A DNA stretch of 32,000 bases from Nitratidesulfovibrio vulgaris str. Hildenborough (lineage in GTDB: Bacteria; Desulfobacterota; Desulfovibrionia; Desulfovibrionales; Desulfovibrionaceae). This document shows positions 30,129 to 32,000 of this stretch, piece after piece. The notes under the pieces were generated by a model. It made no database searches, was not told where the DNA came from, and saw only the letters and a program-made list of their open reading frames with translations. Made by a program: the position numbers and the translations under genes. The stretch is from contig NC_002937.3 in assembly GCF_000195755.1 (NCBI RefSeq), positions 1,800,001-1,832,000 on the forward strand, given 5' to 3'. Position 1 is the first letter of the stretch, and each line of letters starts with the position of its first letter.

Positions 30129-31093
30129 CCGCCATGCAGCGCGATGAACTTCTGTATCTGCTCTACGAAGCCCCAGAACAAGAGCTTTTCGCACGGGCCG
30201 ACGCTGTCCGGCGCACTCACAAGGGTGAACATGTCTTCGTACGCGGGCTGATCGAATTCTCCAGCCATTGTGTACGCGACTGTCGCTACTGTGGCCTTCG
30301 GCGCTCCAACTCCGCAGCGCACCGCTACAGGCTCACCCCGCGTGAAGTCATCGACGCGGCCCGTCTCGCCGTCGCAGGTGGCGCAGACACCATCGTCCTG
30401 CAATCAGGAGACGACCTCGCCTGCGAGGCGTCGACCATCGCTGCGATGATTCGCGGCATCCGGGAGGAACTCGGAGTGGTCGTCACCCTCGGTTGCGGCG
30501 AACGCCCCCCACGCGACTATGCCCTGTGGCGTGAAGCCGGGGCCTCGCGATACCTCATGAAGCATGAGACCGCAGATGCGGCCCTCTACGCAAGACTGCA
30601 TCCCGGCAGGACACTGGAACAACGGCTAGAAGCGCTCCGCACGCTGCATGGACTCGGCTACGAGATAGGCTCCGGCTTCATCATCGGCATACCGGGGCAG
30701 ATGCCCGAAGTGCTCGCCGATGACATCCTTCTGGCGCGTGAACTCGGTGTGGAGATGTGCGGTGCCGGGCCGTTCATCCCACAGGCGCAGACACCGCTGG
30801 GTGGCGAGCCTCAAGGGTCCACCGCCCTGGCGTTGCGGGTACTGGCCGCGCTGCGCATCGCCCTGCCCGACGCGAACCTTCCGGCGACGACGGCACTAGC
30901 CACGCTCGACCCCATCGGCGGGCAACGTGACGGACTGCGCGCCGGGGCCAACGTACTCATGCCGGGTTTCACTCCTGACACACACCGGGCTCACTACCGC
31001 ATCTACGACAACAAACACCGCGTGGGTATGGACGAGGCACGCGCAGCCATCGAAGCTGCGGGCCGCACACATAGCCTGCGACGCGAGGCATGA
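30125..31093 (+). CDS. hydE: [FeFe]-hydrogenase H-cluster radical SAM maturase HydE
   Basis: CVRDCRYCGLR CX3CX2C motif. BioB-like fold length (322 aa). ATGA-coupled to the upstream gene and followed by hydF. Confidence 0.8.
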   Translation: MTAMQRDELLYLLYEAPEQELFARADAVRRTHKGEHVFVRGLIEFSSHCVRDCRYCGLRRSNSAAHRYRLTPREVIDAARLAVAGGADTIVLQSGDDLACEASTIAAMIRGIREELGVVVTLGCGERPPRDYALWREAGASRYLMKHETADAALYARLHPGRTLEQRLEALRTLHGLGYEIGSGFIIGIPGQMPEVLADDILLARELGVEMCGAGPFIPQAQTPLGGEPQGSTALALRVLAALRIALPDANLPATTALATLDPIGGQRDGLRAGANVLMPGFTPDTHRAHYRIYDNKHRVGMDEARAAIEAAGRTHSLRREA

Positions 31094-31097
31094 CCCC

Positions 31098-32000
31098 ATG
31101 CAGGACACCCCCAAGGGACTGCGACTGCACATAGGCATCTACGGACGCCGCAATGTCGGCAAGTCGTCGTTACTCAACGCGCTGACCCGGCAGACCGTGT
31201 CCATCGTCTCCGCCACTCCCGGCACCACGACAGACCCCGTGGAGAAGACCATGGAAATGGCCCCCATCGGGCCTGTGGTCTTCATCGACACGGCTGGCAT
31301 CGACGATACGGGCGACCTCGGCCTCATGCGCAGCGACAGGACGAGGCAGATGTTCGACCGCACCGACCTTGCGCTGGTTGCCAGCGAGGGCGATGTATGG
31401 GGAGACTATGAACGCGACCTCGTCGCGGCATTCCGGGAACGCAAGATACCCGTCATCGCAGTGCTGACAAAAGGCGATGAGACTCCTGTCGCGCAGACCG
31501 TTCGCCAATCACTTCTGGCCGAAGGCATCGAATCGGCGGCGGTGTGTTCCACAGATGGTCGCGGCATCGACGCGCTGCGTGCCCTCATGGCCCGCATGGC
31601 CCCGGAACATGCCATCAGCCAGCCAGCCCTTCTTGCCGACCTCGTGCCTGCTGGCGGGCTTGTCATCTTCGTCGTCCCCATCGACCTCGGAGCCCCCAAG
31701 GGAAGGCTCATCCTGCCGCAGGTGCAGGCCATTCGCGACATTCTCGACGGCGACGCCATGTGCATGGTCGTCAAGGAGCGCGAACTCCGCCCTGCCCTCG
31801 ACCGTCTCACGCAACCGCCCGACCTCGTGGTGTGCGACTCGCAGGTGGTGCTGAAGGCCGCAGCCGACACCCCGCCCGGCATCCCCCTGACGACCTTCTC
31901 CATTCTCATGGCACGGTTCAAGGGTGAACTTGAGACACTTGCACGCGGGGCAGCGGTCATCGAGACGCTCGCCCCCGGTGACCGGGTGCTTGTGGCAGAG
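31098..32000 (+). CDS. hydF: [FeFe]-hydrogenase maturation GTPase HydF (3' end outside the window)
   Basis: Not in the ORF track (no stop in the window). My translation is MQDTPKGLRLHIGIYGRRNVGKSSLLNAL...ATPGTTTDPV...FIDTAGIDD...LTKGD, with G1/G2/G3/G4 GTPase motifs. Confidence 0.8.
   Translation, partial: MQDTPKGLRLHIGIYGRRNVGKSSLLNALTRQTVSIVSATPGTTTDPVEKTMEMAPIGPVVFIDTAGIDDTGDLGLMRSDRTRQMFDRTDLALVASEGDVWGDYERDLVAAFRERKIPVIAVLTKGDETPVAQTVRQSLLAEGIESAAVCSTDGRGIDALRALMARMAPEHAISQPALLADLVPAGGLVIFVVPIDLGAPKGRLILPQVQAIRDILDGDAMCMVVKERELRPALDRLTQPPDLVVCDSQVVLKAAADTPPGIPLTTFSILMARFKGELETLARGAAVIETLAPGDRVLVAE

Noticed and set aside
31139-31960. Minus-strand ORFs 31139..31363, 31170..31508, 31406..31960 and 31509..31814, and plus-strand ORFs 31477..31854 and 31544..31927
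   Set aside because: All overlap the hydF frame (GTPase motifs G1-G4 present), which the track misses only because it has no stop in the window.

Overview
High-GC 32-kb window. Composition and the hydG / aspartase-like / hydE / hydF arrangement suggest a Desulfovibrionaceae-type sulfate reducer (inference only). It has two parts.

(A) 1-22920 is the right ~23 kb of an integrated prophage/satellite-like island. Its right border is a 50-nt 3' fragment of tRNA-Arg(CCU) at 22871-22920, followed by its own terminator and adjacent to a tyrosine integrase and an Xis-like gene. The backbone carries:
- a lysis-cassette fragment (3-TM holin plus an RNNNPGNIR-motif protein)
- HigBA, a truncated BrnT with intact BrnA, and an orphan YefM-type antitoxin
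- a minimal tyrosine recombinase with two excisionase-like HTH genes
- CI/Cro-type regulators and a replisome-organizer-like gene

The island also carries four defence-type cargo modules:
1. A 1266-aa Mrr-like nuclease + STAND NTPase (Avs-like).
2. An AbiC-like membrane protein.
3. A terminator-bracketed operon of dcm, a 981-aa double-GHKL protein (MORC-like ATPase fused to a histidine-kinase core) and a receiver-domain protein with an unknown C-terminal domain (12266-18114).
4. A membrane-anchored T5orf172 protein plus a small 3-TM protein, bracketed by identical 26-nt hairpins.

(B) 22921-32000 is chromosomal: a lipoprotein, a ModE-like regulator, TetR with two tandem palindromic operators, YccF, and the [FeFe]-hydrogenase maturation cluster (TM1266-like ACT regulator, hydG, aspartase-like lyase, hydE, hydF partial).

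My top candidate for an undescribed system is the dcm / GHKL-HK / REC-effector operon. All functional calls rest on motifs read by eye from the translations; no database search was possible.
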